In this document: positions 1 through 10,943 of the stretch, piece by piece
Layout of the letters: every line of letters starts with the position of its first letter
How positions within the stretch are numbered: the stretch's first letter is position 1
Assembly (NCBI GenBank): GCA_965240325.2
Contig: OZ251249.1
Location: forward strand, 620,001-684,000
Direction of reading: 5' to 3'
Origin: Rebecca billardiae RCC1528
Lineage: Eukaryota; Protista; Haptophyta
DNA length: 64,000 nucleotides
Notes under the pieces: generated by a model
Told to the model about the DNA's origin: nothing
The model's database searches: none
The model's input: only the letters and a program-made list of their open reading frames with translations
Program-made: the position numbers and the translations under genes

Positions 1-836
1 ATGGCTCCCCGAGAGCCCGGGGCTGGCTGTCGTGCGTTCTCACGAGCAGCTTGCGCGCAGCCCAATTGTCACCTTCACGGTGCGTAGAGCTGCTCAAGAT
101 GGCGGGAGCGTCAAGAGTATGCACATGCCTGATGGTGACCCATGCCTCCCGTCGCCTGACCCGCTTGTAGCGAAAAGTGACCCTGCTCGAAGGCACGGGT
201 CGAACACCTGCCGATCGATTCAAGTTGTCTGTACGCGTCTAGCCGGGCGAGAGTCAAACATGCCGGCCCGTGCCAGGCGGGGGATGTGTGACCACGGATC
301 CCATCCGTGAGCACGCGCAAAGCGCTGGAGCGCGCGATAGGTGTTGGCAGTAGTCTACCCGACACACGGCGGCTCGGTCGCGCTGGAGAGGCGCTCCGAC
401 ATCGTCGGGAGCGTTCAGATCGGGACCCCGGCCGGCGGCCCGGCGATTTTCCCGAGCCGCGCCCCGCGCGAAAAGAAATCCGGCCATAAAACCCGGTAAA
501 TGTTTAAAAGACCGCTGGAAAATCGCCAGGGACCCACCTACTGCCAGCAGCAGGCACTGCTTTAGTGCCGGCGCCGGGCGGCCGAGCAAGGTCACCGCCG
601 CACCGCCGTAGGTAGGGCCGTTATTAGACGAGTCGTAGTATACCCGTCAGCCGTACCGCGTCGCCGTCATCGCCGTCTGCGTCACTACAGACACACCGTC
701 ACACAGCCCGACAGGCTCACTCGGCGCCGTTATCCGGTTATGCCGCTGATCATCCGCCGTTATTATTATTGCGCGCTGCATCAGGCGGATGATATGATGT
801 ATACGTACGTATATATATATATATATATGAGCCGAC

Positions 837-2520
837 GTCAGTTGTATTGCCGCTTTGGATAGTGTGGTCAGTTGTATTGCCAAAAGCACGTTATGACTAC
901 CGTGGTCAGTTGTATTGCCGTTTTCAGTAGTATGGGTCAAGAATATTGCCGCTTTTGGATAGTGTGTCAACAATATTGCCCCTCAAATACTGGTTTCAAA
1001 CCAATGACCCTTTCACACGACTTGGTTCACGAATATTGCCGTTTTCGAGCTTGAACATAGTCTGCTCAGAAATATTGCCCTTTCCATAACTATGTGTCAG
1101 TTGTATTGCCGCCAGCAGCTGGTGGCTGGGGCACGACTCGCACTCAGACAAGAGACTCGCGCAGCCCGTGTGCGCGTGCGTGCAGAGCTGCGACTGCCTG
1201 CGCGCGGCATGCAGGATACGCGACTGCAACCAACCGACATGCCATCATCATGCGGCCTGCGTAGCTCATCTGGACTTCCAGTAGCAGTCGGCGCTTCCCG
1301 TCGCCGTCGCGCTTGCTGCCCGCCGGCGGCCGGCCGCCAGCGCCATCGGGACTGCTGCTACTTCAGCGGCCACGTGAGCCGCATCGCGTCCCATGCCGCT
1401 ACACGCGCCGCCTCAAGCTGCGACCGCGCTCGCCAAGCCTGCCACTCGGGTTCCAGCAGCAGCAGGAAGCGTCGCCTGCCCCTCCTGCTTGCTGGCTCGT
1501 CGAGGCGCGCGCGGCGCACCGCTCGCCGGTCGGTGCGTTGTGTCCCAGCTGGCAGTACGCCTTGGACTTCCTCCTCCACGGGCCAATCAGCCTGCGTTGA
1601 CGAGTGCGACTGGCGCACGGTCAGCCACCTGCACACGGTTGGCCACAGGGCAGTCTGCTATTGGAGTGATGACAATCGCAAAAAGGCACGCGCCAGCAGT
1701 GTTGCACGAGCGAGAGCGACGCGCGTTGGTTGATCGCCACGGTGTGAATGACAGTCGATGGCAGGGAGTGAGGGGGGCGCGCGTCGCGTTGGTCAAGCTC
1801 CTTGAGGCCGTTGAAGAGCACACGCCCGTCGTGCACGTTCGACTCCCGCGAATCGGGGCGCAGCAACACACGCTCACCCTGCTTCACGCATGCACCTGCA
1901 TGCGCTGCCGTCGCAATGTCATCGACTGCGCGCTTGACGGTCCCGGAGTCGAAGTGAGCACGGAGCAACGCCGATTCGATAGAAGTCGCGACGGATTCTC
2001 GCCCGTCTCCGCGTAGACGGCGAGTAGCCCGAGGTGCACGCGCGTGTTGCACTGCGCGCGCATGCGGCAGCGTTTGTGCAGATTCCGGTCCACGGTTCAG
2101 GTCGTCGTTCGGCTTGATGATGTCGAGGAACACGGCGCTACCCCGGCAGAGATCGTCGTCGTTGAACGTCACTCTTCTGGCCTGGGATCAGCTAGGCCTG
2201 CTCAAGGGCACGCCGCGCACGCCGGCGGCGCGTGGGCGCCAGCGCCATCATCAGCGCGTGGGCGATCGCGGCAACAAACCTGAATCAAAGATGCGCAAAC
2301 GGCAACACAACTGACCCACACTACGCGACGGCAATACAGCTGGACAAAGTATTGGGCCATCATCCACGGCAATACACCTGACACAAGTATTCGACGTTGG
2401 CAACAAGATTGACACGTGATTCCCAAACATGGAAAACGGCAATACAACTGACCACGGTAGTCAAAACGTGCGTTTGGCAATACACCTGACCACACTTTCC
2501 AAAACGGCAATACAGCTGAC
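837..2520. mobile_element. Non-autonomous or degenerate TIR DNA transposon with modular subterminal repeats
   Basis: About 90-bp imperfect TIRs: 837-926 (GTCAGTTGTATTGCCGCTTTGGATAGTGTGGTCAG...) is the reverse complement of 2432-2520. The (G)GTCAGTTGTATTGCC-like motif is reiterated through ~837-1110 and, inverted, through ~2300-2520. No TSD and no recognisable transposase motif. Confidence 0.75.
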
Positions 2521-2521
2521 A

Positions 2522-2886
<365 letters not shown>

Positions 2887-3372
2887 TATATATCGATGCT
2901 GATGAGTGTCTGCCGAAATGAGCGTCAAGGTGACTAGCTTGACGCGGACGTGTGCCGACGTCTCACTCTCAGCGGTCTGACGCCCGGCCTGCTGAGTGCT
3001 GGCGGGCAGCTGGCGCCGACTCACTCCGACTACTCAGTACCGTGACTCACTCAGGAGCTGCTCGCAGGCAGATTGAGATCCGCGACGCGCGCGCAATGCG
3101 CCGGTCGGCGCGGTCGCATGCCCATCGCCGACTGTAATATGATCGCGGCGGCAGAGCCGGACCGACTCAGACTGACAACCGACTGACGACGAACTCGGCC
3201 GTCCGAGGCCGGCCGGGCCCTGCTGCGCGGGCTGCTCGGACTGTGATGCGCGCGTTCGCGTGGGCTCCGCGCGTTGGGCACGCCTTGACGCGGCGCATGC
3301 TGCGGTACGCTGGTAGCCTCCTATCTCATCGCCTCCACGTCACATCCATCACATCCGTCCAAGTCCTCCACT

Positions 3373-3406
3373 AGCTGTGTGCGTCTCTTATTCTCAAGTA
3401 AACAGT
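3373..3406 (+). repeat. Degenerate copy of dispersed solo TIR-like repeat A
   Basis: AGCTGTGTGCGTCTCTTATTCTCAAGTAAACAGT resembles the copies at 13964, 14043, 24586 and 55060. Confidence 0.7.
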
Positions 3407-3489
3407 TAGTAGGATCGGAAACTCTGAAATTGTCGTCGCCGTTCACCGTGAGTGCCAAGGTCTCCCACTGCTGCCGGGATCACAGAGGG

Positions 3490-3972
3490 CTATCCCGCTA
3501 GTTGCACGGCACCGTCCGCGGCGGCGGTCTCTGCGTGGCACTCCGCCGGGAAGACGTGCTCCCCGCTCGGTCCGAGTGGCAGCGGGTGCTGCTCCACCGC
3601 GCTCCACGGGATGGGGCGGGAGAACCAGATGTGCTGGCACCCGTCGGCCAGCTGCTGGACGACGTAGTGAGGGGCCTCGCCTTCGGCTGCGCTGCCGAGG
3701 GCCGCAGGCGGCGGCGCACCGCGCTCAGCGGGCTCCACGTCCACGCGGCCGGGCAAGGTGATGTGCAGCAGCACGACGTCTGCCCGACCCTTGAAGAACA
3801 TGGAGGCGACCGTGCGCACCATCACGCCGTCGCTCGCGTGGATGAAGCCGTCGGTGCGATCGAGCTCGCTGCCCTGCCCAAGCGAGCCAGACTGGGTCCA
3901 TGCGGCAGCGTCGTCTGCAGTGGCGATCTTCCAAATCGCCGAGGGCGGAGGCTGAACAGACCGCGGCGGCAT
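3490..3972 (-). CDS. DUF952 domain-containing protein
   Basis: IWKI...W...G.GSELDRTDGFIHAS...VASMFFKGRADVVLLHI matches the DUF952 pattern. ATG at 3972 (MPPRSV); an upstream ATG near 4044 is possible. Confidence 0.75.
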   Translation of the reverse strand: MPPRSVQPPPSAIWKIATADDAAAWTQSGSLGQGSELDRTDGFIHASDGVMVRTVASMFFKGRADVVLLHITLPGRVDVEPAERGAPPPAALGSAAEGEAPHYVVQQLADGCQHIWFSRPIPWSAVEQHPLPLGPSGEHVFPAECHAETAAADGAVQLAG

Positions 3973-4246
3973 CGTGGACGTGGGTTCGCCCTTCTCGAGT
4001 TCTCGCTTGGCTGAGAAAAGATCATTGTCTACTTGTATTCGCATCTGACTCACTCAATTCTGAGACTACGGCCGTTTGAGACGTTCGACGAGGCGGGCAG
4101 GCGGCCCGGCGGCGGCGACTCACAGTTTAACAGTACTACTGAGTCACACTCTCGCGAGACGCGACTGAGTCTGATTCAACCGTTGCTACTGGCTAACGAC
4201 TAACGTGGCTACTGCCTCAACTCAGGCCGTACTGCGCACGGGCCGG

Positions 4247-4963
4247 TCAACTCTTGCCTCCAGGCGCGCTGCTCGCCGGCAGCCCGCGCTTGAGCACCGT
4301 CCAGAACTCGTCCGGGTCGATGAGGCTGTTCTTGTCCAGATCTGCCGCGTGGATCATCTCCATGATCTCCTCGTCCGTCATGTTCTCTCCGAGCTCGCGC
4401 GCGACGCGCTTGAGGTTGTCAAAGCTGATCTTGCCTGTGCCCTCGTGGTCGAACTGGCGGAAGGCCTTGCGCACGTCCTCCTTCGAGTCGCGCTCGGACA
4501 TCTTGGTGACCAGCAGCTCGAGGAACTCGTTGAAGTCGATGCTGCCTGCGCGGCGACGCGACAGGAGGCGGCGGCAGCGGGCGGCGAGCTGCTGAGCACA
4601 CGGGCGCGCCTGCGGCCGCGCACGCGGGTCGCGCACCTTGGCCGGTCTTGTCGACGGCGGCGATCATTTCCTTCACTTCCTCCTTGCGCGGCTCGAAGCC
4701 AAGGGCGCGCAGGATCACCTTGAGCGCGTTCGCATCGATGACGCCCTCGCCGTGCGAGTCGAAGAGATCAAACGCTTGTCTGATCTCCGTGCGCTGCTGC
4801 GTGGTGAGCTCGAGGCGCCCGCCCTTGGCATCGGAGCGGCCGCCGGCCTTTGTCTGCACGCGCGCGCGGCGGGCGACGCGAAGGGCACGCGTGATGCACG
4901 CCACACCCACCGGGCCGGCCAACTTTGCGCAAGTAACCGCCCGCGCAGCTGGCGCACCGCCAT
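4247..4963 (-). CDS. Centrin (EF-hand Ca2+-binding protein); exons approx. 4963-4907, 4853-4637, 4545-4247
   Basis: [18 protein letters not shown]...[22 protein letters not shown] and [28 protein letters not shown] are centrin hallmarks. GT-AG intron 4636-4546 joins DKTGQG|SIDFNEF. First exon is uncertain. Confidence 0.9.
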
Positions 4964-5154
4964 CCTTGCGTGTGGTGCAATATTCTCGGATTTACAGATT
5001 TTAAGCTTTTAACTCGGCCCGGCGCATTTCGATGGACGTTACACAAAACGGGCAGGACTCGGCTCGGCGATCAAGCTCGGCCCGCCCGGCGAGGCTCGGC
5101 AGAGGCCGCGGCGCCCGTCCTCTTGATCAATCACCGGCGAGCTTCAAAGCCACA

Positions 5155-5184
5155 CTGTGTGCACGTTAAATCATAGTAAACTGT
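5155..5184 (+). repeat. Solo TIR-like repeat B (TGTGCACGTTAAATCATAGTAAACTGTA)
   Basis: Near-identical to 47561-47588; shares the TAGTAAACTGTA end with repeat A. Confidence 0.65.
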
Positions 5185-5239
5185 AGGCTGTAGCTCATCG
5201 TCTCCAGCCGGTCGCTCGACGCCTCGTCGTCCCGCCGCC

Positions 5240-8020
5240 ATGGGCAACACCTCGTCGAACCCGCCGAGCAAGAAGTCGGAGGAGGCCACGAAGAAGCGCG
5301 TCGTCGTGCTCGGCGCCGGCGCCGGCGGCCTCTGCATGGCGCGCATCGCCGACGCCGCGGGGTTCCAGACGACGGTCGTGGAGCGCCGCCCGGGCTCCGT
5401 GTGGAAGCCCGGCGGCCCGAAGGCGATCATCGACCCGGAGTGGGCGATGGGCAAGGGCCTCGTGCCGCTGCGCAACGTGCTCGAGGGCGCGAGCAGCACG
5501 CGCATCCAGGACGAGGCCGTCCGCCTCGACGCCGCGGGCAAGAAGGTCGAGCTCGCGTCGGGCAAGGTTCTGGAGTACGATTACTGCGTGCTCGCGGTCG
5601 GCGCGCAGAACGCGAGCCCGTGCGACCCGCCGCCCGAGTGCACGACGGTGGCGGCGATGAAGGCGCACTACCGCGCCGTCGACGCCGCGATCCGCCGCGC
5701 CTCGCGCATCGTCGTCGTCGGCGGCGGCGCGGTCGGCATCGAGGTGGCGGGCGCGTGCCGCGAGGCGGCGCAGCCCAAGACGAGCGTCACCGTCGTGCAC
5801 TCGGGCGAGAAGCCGCTGGACGTGAGCCTGCCGGGCGCGAACCCGAAGCAGATGGCGAACTTCCAGGACCGCATCGTCAAGCTCTGCGCCGACGCGAACA
5901 TCCAGCTCGTCCTCGGCGCGCGGTGCACCAACCTCTCACCCGACGACTGCCCTGGTGGCTTCAAGGCTTCGGCCACGCCCTTCGGCGTGCAGCTCACGAC
6001 GGGGTCGTCGCTCGAGGCGGACCTCGTGCTCTGGTGCGTGGGCGCGCGCTCGAACGCGCCGCACCTCGTCGCGCCCGAGGCCCTCGACCCGCGCTCCAAG
6101 CTCATCAAGGTCGACCGCTCGCTCCGCGTCGACGGGATGAGTGACGTGTTCGCCATCGGCGACTGCACCAACCTGCCCGAGCCCAAGCTGTCGCTCTCGG
6201 CGGGGAGCGGCTCGATCAAGGGGCCGGGCATGCCTTCGGGGCACGCGGACGTCGTGCTGGCCAACCTGCTCGCGCTCGCTGCGGGCAAGCAGCCGTCGAG
6301 CGAGTGGCCGCCGCCGAAGCGCGTGAACTCTCTGATCCCCATCACCAAGTCTGCTGGCGCGGCCGCGCTCGGCGCGCCAAACTTTCTCGGCGCGATGAAG
6401 GCGACGAAGCTGCACTACTTCGCGCCGTCGATGTGGCACGCGGCGCGCGCGGGCAAGTTCGGCGTGAGCCCCGTCACCGCCGCGGACGAGCTCGGCCGCG
6501 TGCAGACCAAGCTGAGCGCGCCGTCGCTCGGCGCGCCGCGGCTCACGCCTGCCGAGGCCGCGGCTGAGCAGGAGCAGCGCGAGGCGGCGCTGCGCGAGGT
6601 GCGCGACGTCGCGCCGCAAGCGGAGGAGGCCGAGGCGGACGAGGCGGCGGCGAGCGAGCTCGCCGAGGCGTACACCAAGATGAGCGAGCCCGGCGACGAC
6701 CACGCCGACGTCGCCGCTCTCAGCACGCCGCGCGGCGACAAGGCCAAGATCGCGATCATCTACTACTCGATGTACGGGCACGTCCGCACGATGGCGGACG
6801 CGGTGAAGAAGGGCGTGGAGAGCTCCGGGCTGGCGAGCGTGGAGATCTTCCAGCTGCCCGAGACGCTCCCCGCCGAGGTGCTCGCCAAGATGGGCGCGCC
6901 GCCCAAGGCCGACCACCCGGTCGCGACGGTCGAGATGCTCCCGGACTTTGACGGCTTCCTCTTCGGCCTGCCGGGGCGGTACGGCTCGTACCCGGCGCAG
7001 TTCAAGGCGTTCTGGGACGCCACGGGCGGGCACTGGGCCGCGGGCAAGCTGGTGGGCAAGCCGGTCGGCGTGTTCGTCTCGACGGGCACGCAGAACGGCG
7101 GGCAGGAGACCATCGGCCTCACCGCCATCCCGCAGTTTGCGCACCACGGGATGGTGTTCGTTCCGCTCGGCTACCAGGACCCGCGCGTCTTCTCGTACGA
7201 CGAGCCGCACGGCGCGTCGCCGTACGGCGCGGGCACGCTCGCCGGGCCGGACGGCTCGCGGCAGCCGTCGGCGCTCGAGCTCGGCGTCGCCGAGACGCAG
7301 GGCACCAAGTTCGCCGCCGTCGCCGCTAAGGCCGTCGCGCTGCCCAAGGCTCTCGCGTCGAGCGCCGAGCACGCCGCGGCCGCGCTCTCGGCGCTGTCCG
7401 TCTCGGGCGCGCGCCCGCAGCTCAAGATCGCGATCATCTACTACTCGATGTACGGGCACATCCGAACGATGGCGGACGCGGTGAAGACCGGCGTCGAAGC
7501 CTCCGGGCTCGCCACGGCCGAGATCTTCCAGCTGCCCGAGACGCTCCCCGCCGAGGTGCTCGCCAAGATGGGCGCGCCGCCCAAGGCCGACCACCCGGTC
7601 GCGACGGTCGAGATGCTCCCGGACTTTGACGGCTTCCTCTTCGGCCTGCCGGGGCGGTACGGCTCGTACCCGGCGCAGTTCAAGGCGTTCTGGGACGCCA
7701 CGGGCGGGCACTGGGCCGCGGGCAAGCTGGTGGGCAAGCCGGTCGGCGTGTTCGTCTCGACGGGCACGCAGAACGGCGGGCAGGAGACCATCGGCCTCAC
7801 CGCCATCCCGCAGTTTGCGCACCACGGGATGGTGTTCGTGCCGCTCGGGTACCAGGACCCGCGCGTCTTCTCGTACGACGAGCCGCACGGCGCGTCGCCG
7901 TACGGCGCGGGCACGCTCGCCGGGCCGGACGGCTCGCGGCAGCCGTCGGCGCTCGAGCTCGGCGTCGCCGAGACGCAGGGCACCAAGTTTGCCGTCACGG
8001 TGTCCAAGCTCGCTGCGTGA
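5240..8020 (+). CDS. Fusion: AIFM2/FSP1-like FAD-dependent NAD(P)H oxidoreductase plus two WrbA-type flavodoxin-like NAD(P)H:quinone oxidoreductase domains (926 aa, intronless)
   Basis: N-terminal domain: VVVLGAGAGG, YDYCVLAVGA, IVVVGGGAVGIEVAG, VFAIGDC. Each WrbA copy: KIAIIYYSMYGH, FKAFWDATGGHWAAGKLVGKPVGVFVSTGTQNGGQET, HHGMVFVPLGY, GASPYGAGTLAGPDGSRQPS. Confidence 0.93.
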   Translation: MGNTSSNPPSKKSEEATKKRVVVLGAGAGGLCMARIADAAGFQTTVVERRPGSVWKPGGPKAIIDPEWAMGKGLVPLRNVLEGASSTRIQDEAVRLDAAGKKVELASGKVLEYDYCVLAVGAQNASPCDPPPECTTVAAMKAHYRAVDAAIRRASRIVVVGGGAVGIEVAGACREAAQPKTSVTVVHSGEKPLDVSLPGANPKQMANFQDRIVKLCADANIQLVLGARCTNLSPDDCPGGFKASATPFGVQLTTGSSLEADLVLWCVGARSNAPHLVAPEALDPRSKLIKVDRSLRVDGMSDVFAIGDCTNLPEPKLSLSAGSGSIKGPGMPSGHADVVLANLLALAAGKQPSSEWPPPKRVNSLIPITKSAGAAALGAPNFLGAMKATKLHYFAPSMWHAARAGKFGVSPVTAADELGRVQTKLSAPSLGAPRLTPAEAAAEQEQREAALREVRDVAPQAEEAEADEAAASELAEAYTKMSEPGDDHADVAALSTPRGDKAKIAIIYYSMYGHVRTMADAVKKGVESSGLASVEIFQLPETLPAEVLAKMGAPPKADHPVATVEMLPDFDGFLFGLPGRYGSYPAQFKAFWDATGGHWAAGKLVGKPVGVFVSTGTQNGGQETIGLTAIPQFAHHGMVFVPLGYQDPRVFSYDEPHGASPYGAGTLAGPDGSRQPSALELGVAETQGTKFAAVAAKAVALPKALASSAEHAAAALSALSVSGARPQLKIAIIYYSMYGHIRTMADAVKTGVEASGLATAEIFQLPETLPAEVLAKMGAPPKADHPVATVEMLPDFDGFLFGLPGRYGSYPAQFKAFWDATGGHWAAGKLVGKPVGVFVSTGTQNGGQETIGLTAIPQFAHHGMVFVPLGYQDPRVFSYDEPHGASPYGAGTLAGPDGSRQPSALELGVAETQGTKFAVTVSKLAA
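6746..7989 (+). repeat. Intragenic tandem duplication of the WrbA domain (6746-7311 / 7424-7989, offset 678 bp)
   Basis: Direct comparison: about 470 bp of the two copies are almost identical at DNA level. Confidence 0.95.
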
Positions 8021-8368
8021 GTGTGCCGAGCGAAGGCTGCCGCTGGCTCCCTCAGACTAGACTGTCGAGCGGCCGCACGTGCGAATTGGTCGATTGCCGC
8101 GGATGATTTTGCCCTTAGCTTTCATGCTGCGCTACCGTGCCGCCATCGTGCTTCCAGGGGCCCTCCAGTTCGGCGTCTGGACGCATGAACTCGAGTTCTG
8201 TTCGCTGCACCGGACGCGCAACGTATTACGTACCGGTACTTACTTGTACGGGTACAAACCAAGCGCTGACGTGTCGCGCCTGCCATCGTGTGCATCTAGA
8301 CTCGCGCGACACCGGCTGAGACGTGCGCGGCCCGTGGCCGGCAAACGGCGCGCCTCCGGACGCGCTGC

Positions 8369-10363
8369 ATGGCGCTCGCTGCGCTACTCTGCGCACTGCA
8401 CGCGGCCCCAGGCGGCAGCAGATGCGTCGCCTTCCGGCGGACCGGAGGTGCGCCGCAGCGACGGCGCACGGCGCGCGCGCCGGCCCGTCGCGCGCGCGCG
8501 CTGACTGGTGCGCGCGTGCTCGATCGGGCGCACGCCACGCGCAGGCTGCTCTCCCGATGGGCCCCGCGAGCCGGCCGGTGACCTGACGTGCGCCTCGACC
8601 GTGTCAGCGCGCATCAGCGGGTACTGCGAGTGCGAGGGCGGCCGCCAGACCTCGCACGTCGACTGCCGGCACTCGCCGATGCGGTGCGATCTCGAGTGCG
8701 CAAAGCGGCCGATGCCGCGGTGGCGGGACGACGTGGACGACGACATGGAGTGGGTGCGCGGGACGAAGTGGAACTGGAACCGCTGGCGTGACGTGGAGCT
8801 GCGGTACGACGGCTCCTTCTGGGCGCCCAACTGCGACCCAGACCAAAACCCGGAGTGCAAATGGACCGCACACTCAGGCTATGTGTACGTCAAGTGGGGC
8901 AAGGACGGGCTGCACGAGCTCGAGCCGTCGGCCGACCGCAAGCGGCTCACCGGCTTCCGCGAGGACGGCGACCCGTGCACCGCGGGCTTCGTCGAGAAGC
9001 TCGAGGAGGAGCTCGACCTGTACGACGCGCTCGGGCTCGAGCCGGACGCGGACACAAAAGAAATTAAATCCGCGTACCGGAAATTGAGCCTCAAGTACCA
9101 CCCGGACAAGAACCCGGGGGACGAGGAGGCGAACGTGAAGTTCCAGGCGGTCGCGGCGGCGTACGAGGTGCTCAGTGACCCGGACAAGCGCATCCTGTAC
9201 GACACGGGTGCGTGCGCGCGCGCGCGCGCGTGCCATGTGCGCCCGCGTGCGCGAATGCGCTCCCGCGGCGTAGGGCGCGGCCGCATGGTGCCCTCCCGCG
9301 CCGCTGTGCTGAGCTTGGTGGTCGGTCGCTGGCGTGTGCGCGCGCGTGTGCGCGCGCGCGCGCAGGGGGCATGGAGGCCGTGCAGGAGGCCGCCAAGGAG
9401 GAGGCCGGCGGCGGCGGAGGGATGGACCCCTTCGCCATGTTCTTTGGCGGCGGCGGCGGCGGCGGCGGCGGGCGCGGCGGCGGGCGCGGCGGCTCCACGA
9501 CGCGCGGCCCCGACGTGAAAATGAATTTCGACGTCTCGCTCGAGGATATGTACTCGGGCGGCAGCGTGTCCGCGCGGATCAAGCGGCGCGTGGTGTGCCG
9601 CGGCTGCCGCAAGGCCGACACGCCCGAGCGCAAGGCGCGCTGCGCCAAGTGCGGCCGCTGCCCCAACGAGGTGCGCCAGCGTGCGCCTTGATGGCCTCGC
9701 TCGCGACGCGCGGCGCGGCGCGGCGCGCGTGCACGCGATAAACGGTCGTGGCCGTCCGGCTGCGGCCGCGGCTGCACTGCCGTCTTCGAGCCAGCGGCGC
9801 GCGCGTCGCTGAGCCGCGCGCCCCGCGTGCACACCTCGCCCCGCGCCGCGCGCGCGCAGGTGCGCATGGTGCAGCGGCAGATGGGCCCTGGGATGATTGT
9901 GCAGCAGCAGGAGGAGGTCGCATCGAAAGAAAAGTGCATGGAGGAGGAGACGACGCTCGACGCGGTGATCGAGAAGGGGATGGGCGCGGGGCAGGAGATC
10001 GTGTTCGAGCGCATGTCCGAGCAGCGGCCCAAGCAGATCCCGGGCGACGTCATCCTCACCATCAGGCAAAAGCAGCACTCAACTTTTACCCGGCAGGGGA
10101 ACGACCTGCACGCGTCTCTGACCATCTCGCTGCGCGAGGCGCTGCTCGGGTTCGAGCGCACGATGGCGCACCTCGACGGGCACGAGGTGAAGGTGCGCGC
10201 GGCGAAGGTGACCAAGCCGGGCGACGTGATCAAGGTGCGCGGCGAGGGCATGCCGCTGCACAACTTCGCGTCCGAGTTCGGAGACCTGTACGTCACGATC
10301 ACGATCGCGTTCCCCGAGTCGCTGACGGAGGAGCAGGCGGGCGTGATGACGGCGCACTTCTGA
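8369..10363 (+). CDS. ERdj3/DNAJB11-like DnaJ co-chaperone with extra N-terminal domains; exons 8369-8447, 8545-9207, 9366-9670, 9860-10363 (~516 aa)
   Basis: Signal-like [13 protein letters not shown] domain (DLYDALG...[16 protein letters not shown]...[10 protein letters not shown]), G/F region, CRGC...[19 protein letters not shown]-terminal substrate-binding domain (PGDV...[10 protein letters not shown]...HLDG...GEGMP). The three GT-AG introns keep frame. Confidence 0.9.
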
Positions 10364-10643
10364 GGGCGCGGCTCGGGGGATGCCCGGCTGCGTGGGACGA
10401 GCCCCGCGCGCGGGCGAGCTCGCGTGAGACTAGGCCGCTCGCGTCGGCCGCACGGGCGCGAGACACGCCGCCATGAAACTCCGCATTCGGCATTACAGAT
10501 TACTGTAGTCGGCGGCCGCCATCGCTGTCATCGTGAGTTCGTTACACGGGCCTACCGTACTGCGTACAATCGCCTGGCCCTGAGACCAGTGAAGTTGTAA
10601 CCGCGAAGTGAGCCCCGGCCGCACGAAGGAGGCAAGGACTCGC

Positions 10644-10943
10644 ATGCGCGGCAAGGGCGCGTTCGCGCCTGCGCGGCCCGAGCCCCTGCCAAAGGAGGTG
10701 GACCCGCCTCAGGAGCGATCGCTCGTGCCCGACCACGCGCACGACCGCAAGCTGATCGCACGCCGCCTGTGGTCCAACGTCTCCACCGTCCTCGTCCCAT
10801 TCGAGGAGGGGACCTCTGATTCGCTGTTCAAGTATCACGACCAGCACACAAAGACGGTGGCGGACAAGCAGCGCTTCCGACACCCGACGGACCTCACAAA
10901 GTACCACGACGCGCTGAACACGCCCGGCCAGCGCACGAGGTAG
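10644..10943 (+). CDS. Small hypothetical protein (99 aa)
   Basis: ATG-started ORF with protein-like composition and GC3 bias; no recognised family. Confidence 0.5.
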   Translation: MRGKGAFAPARPEPLPKEVDPPQERSLVPDHAHDRKLIARRLWSNVSTVLVPFEEGTSDSLFKYHDQHTKTVADKQRFRHPTDLTKYHDALNTPGQRTR

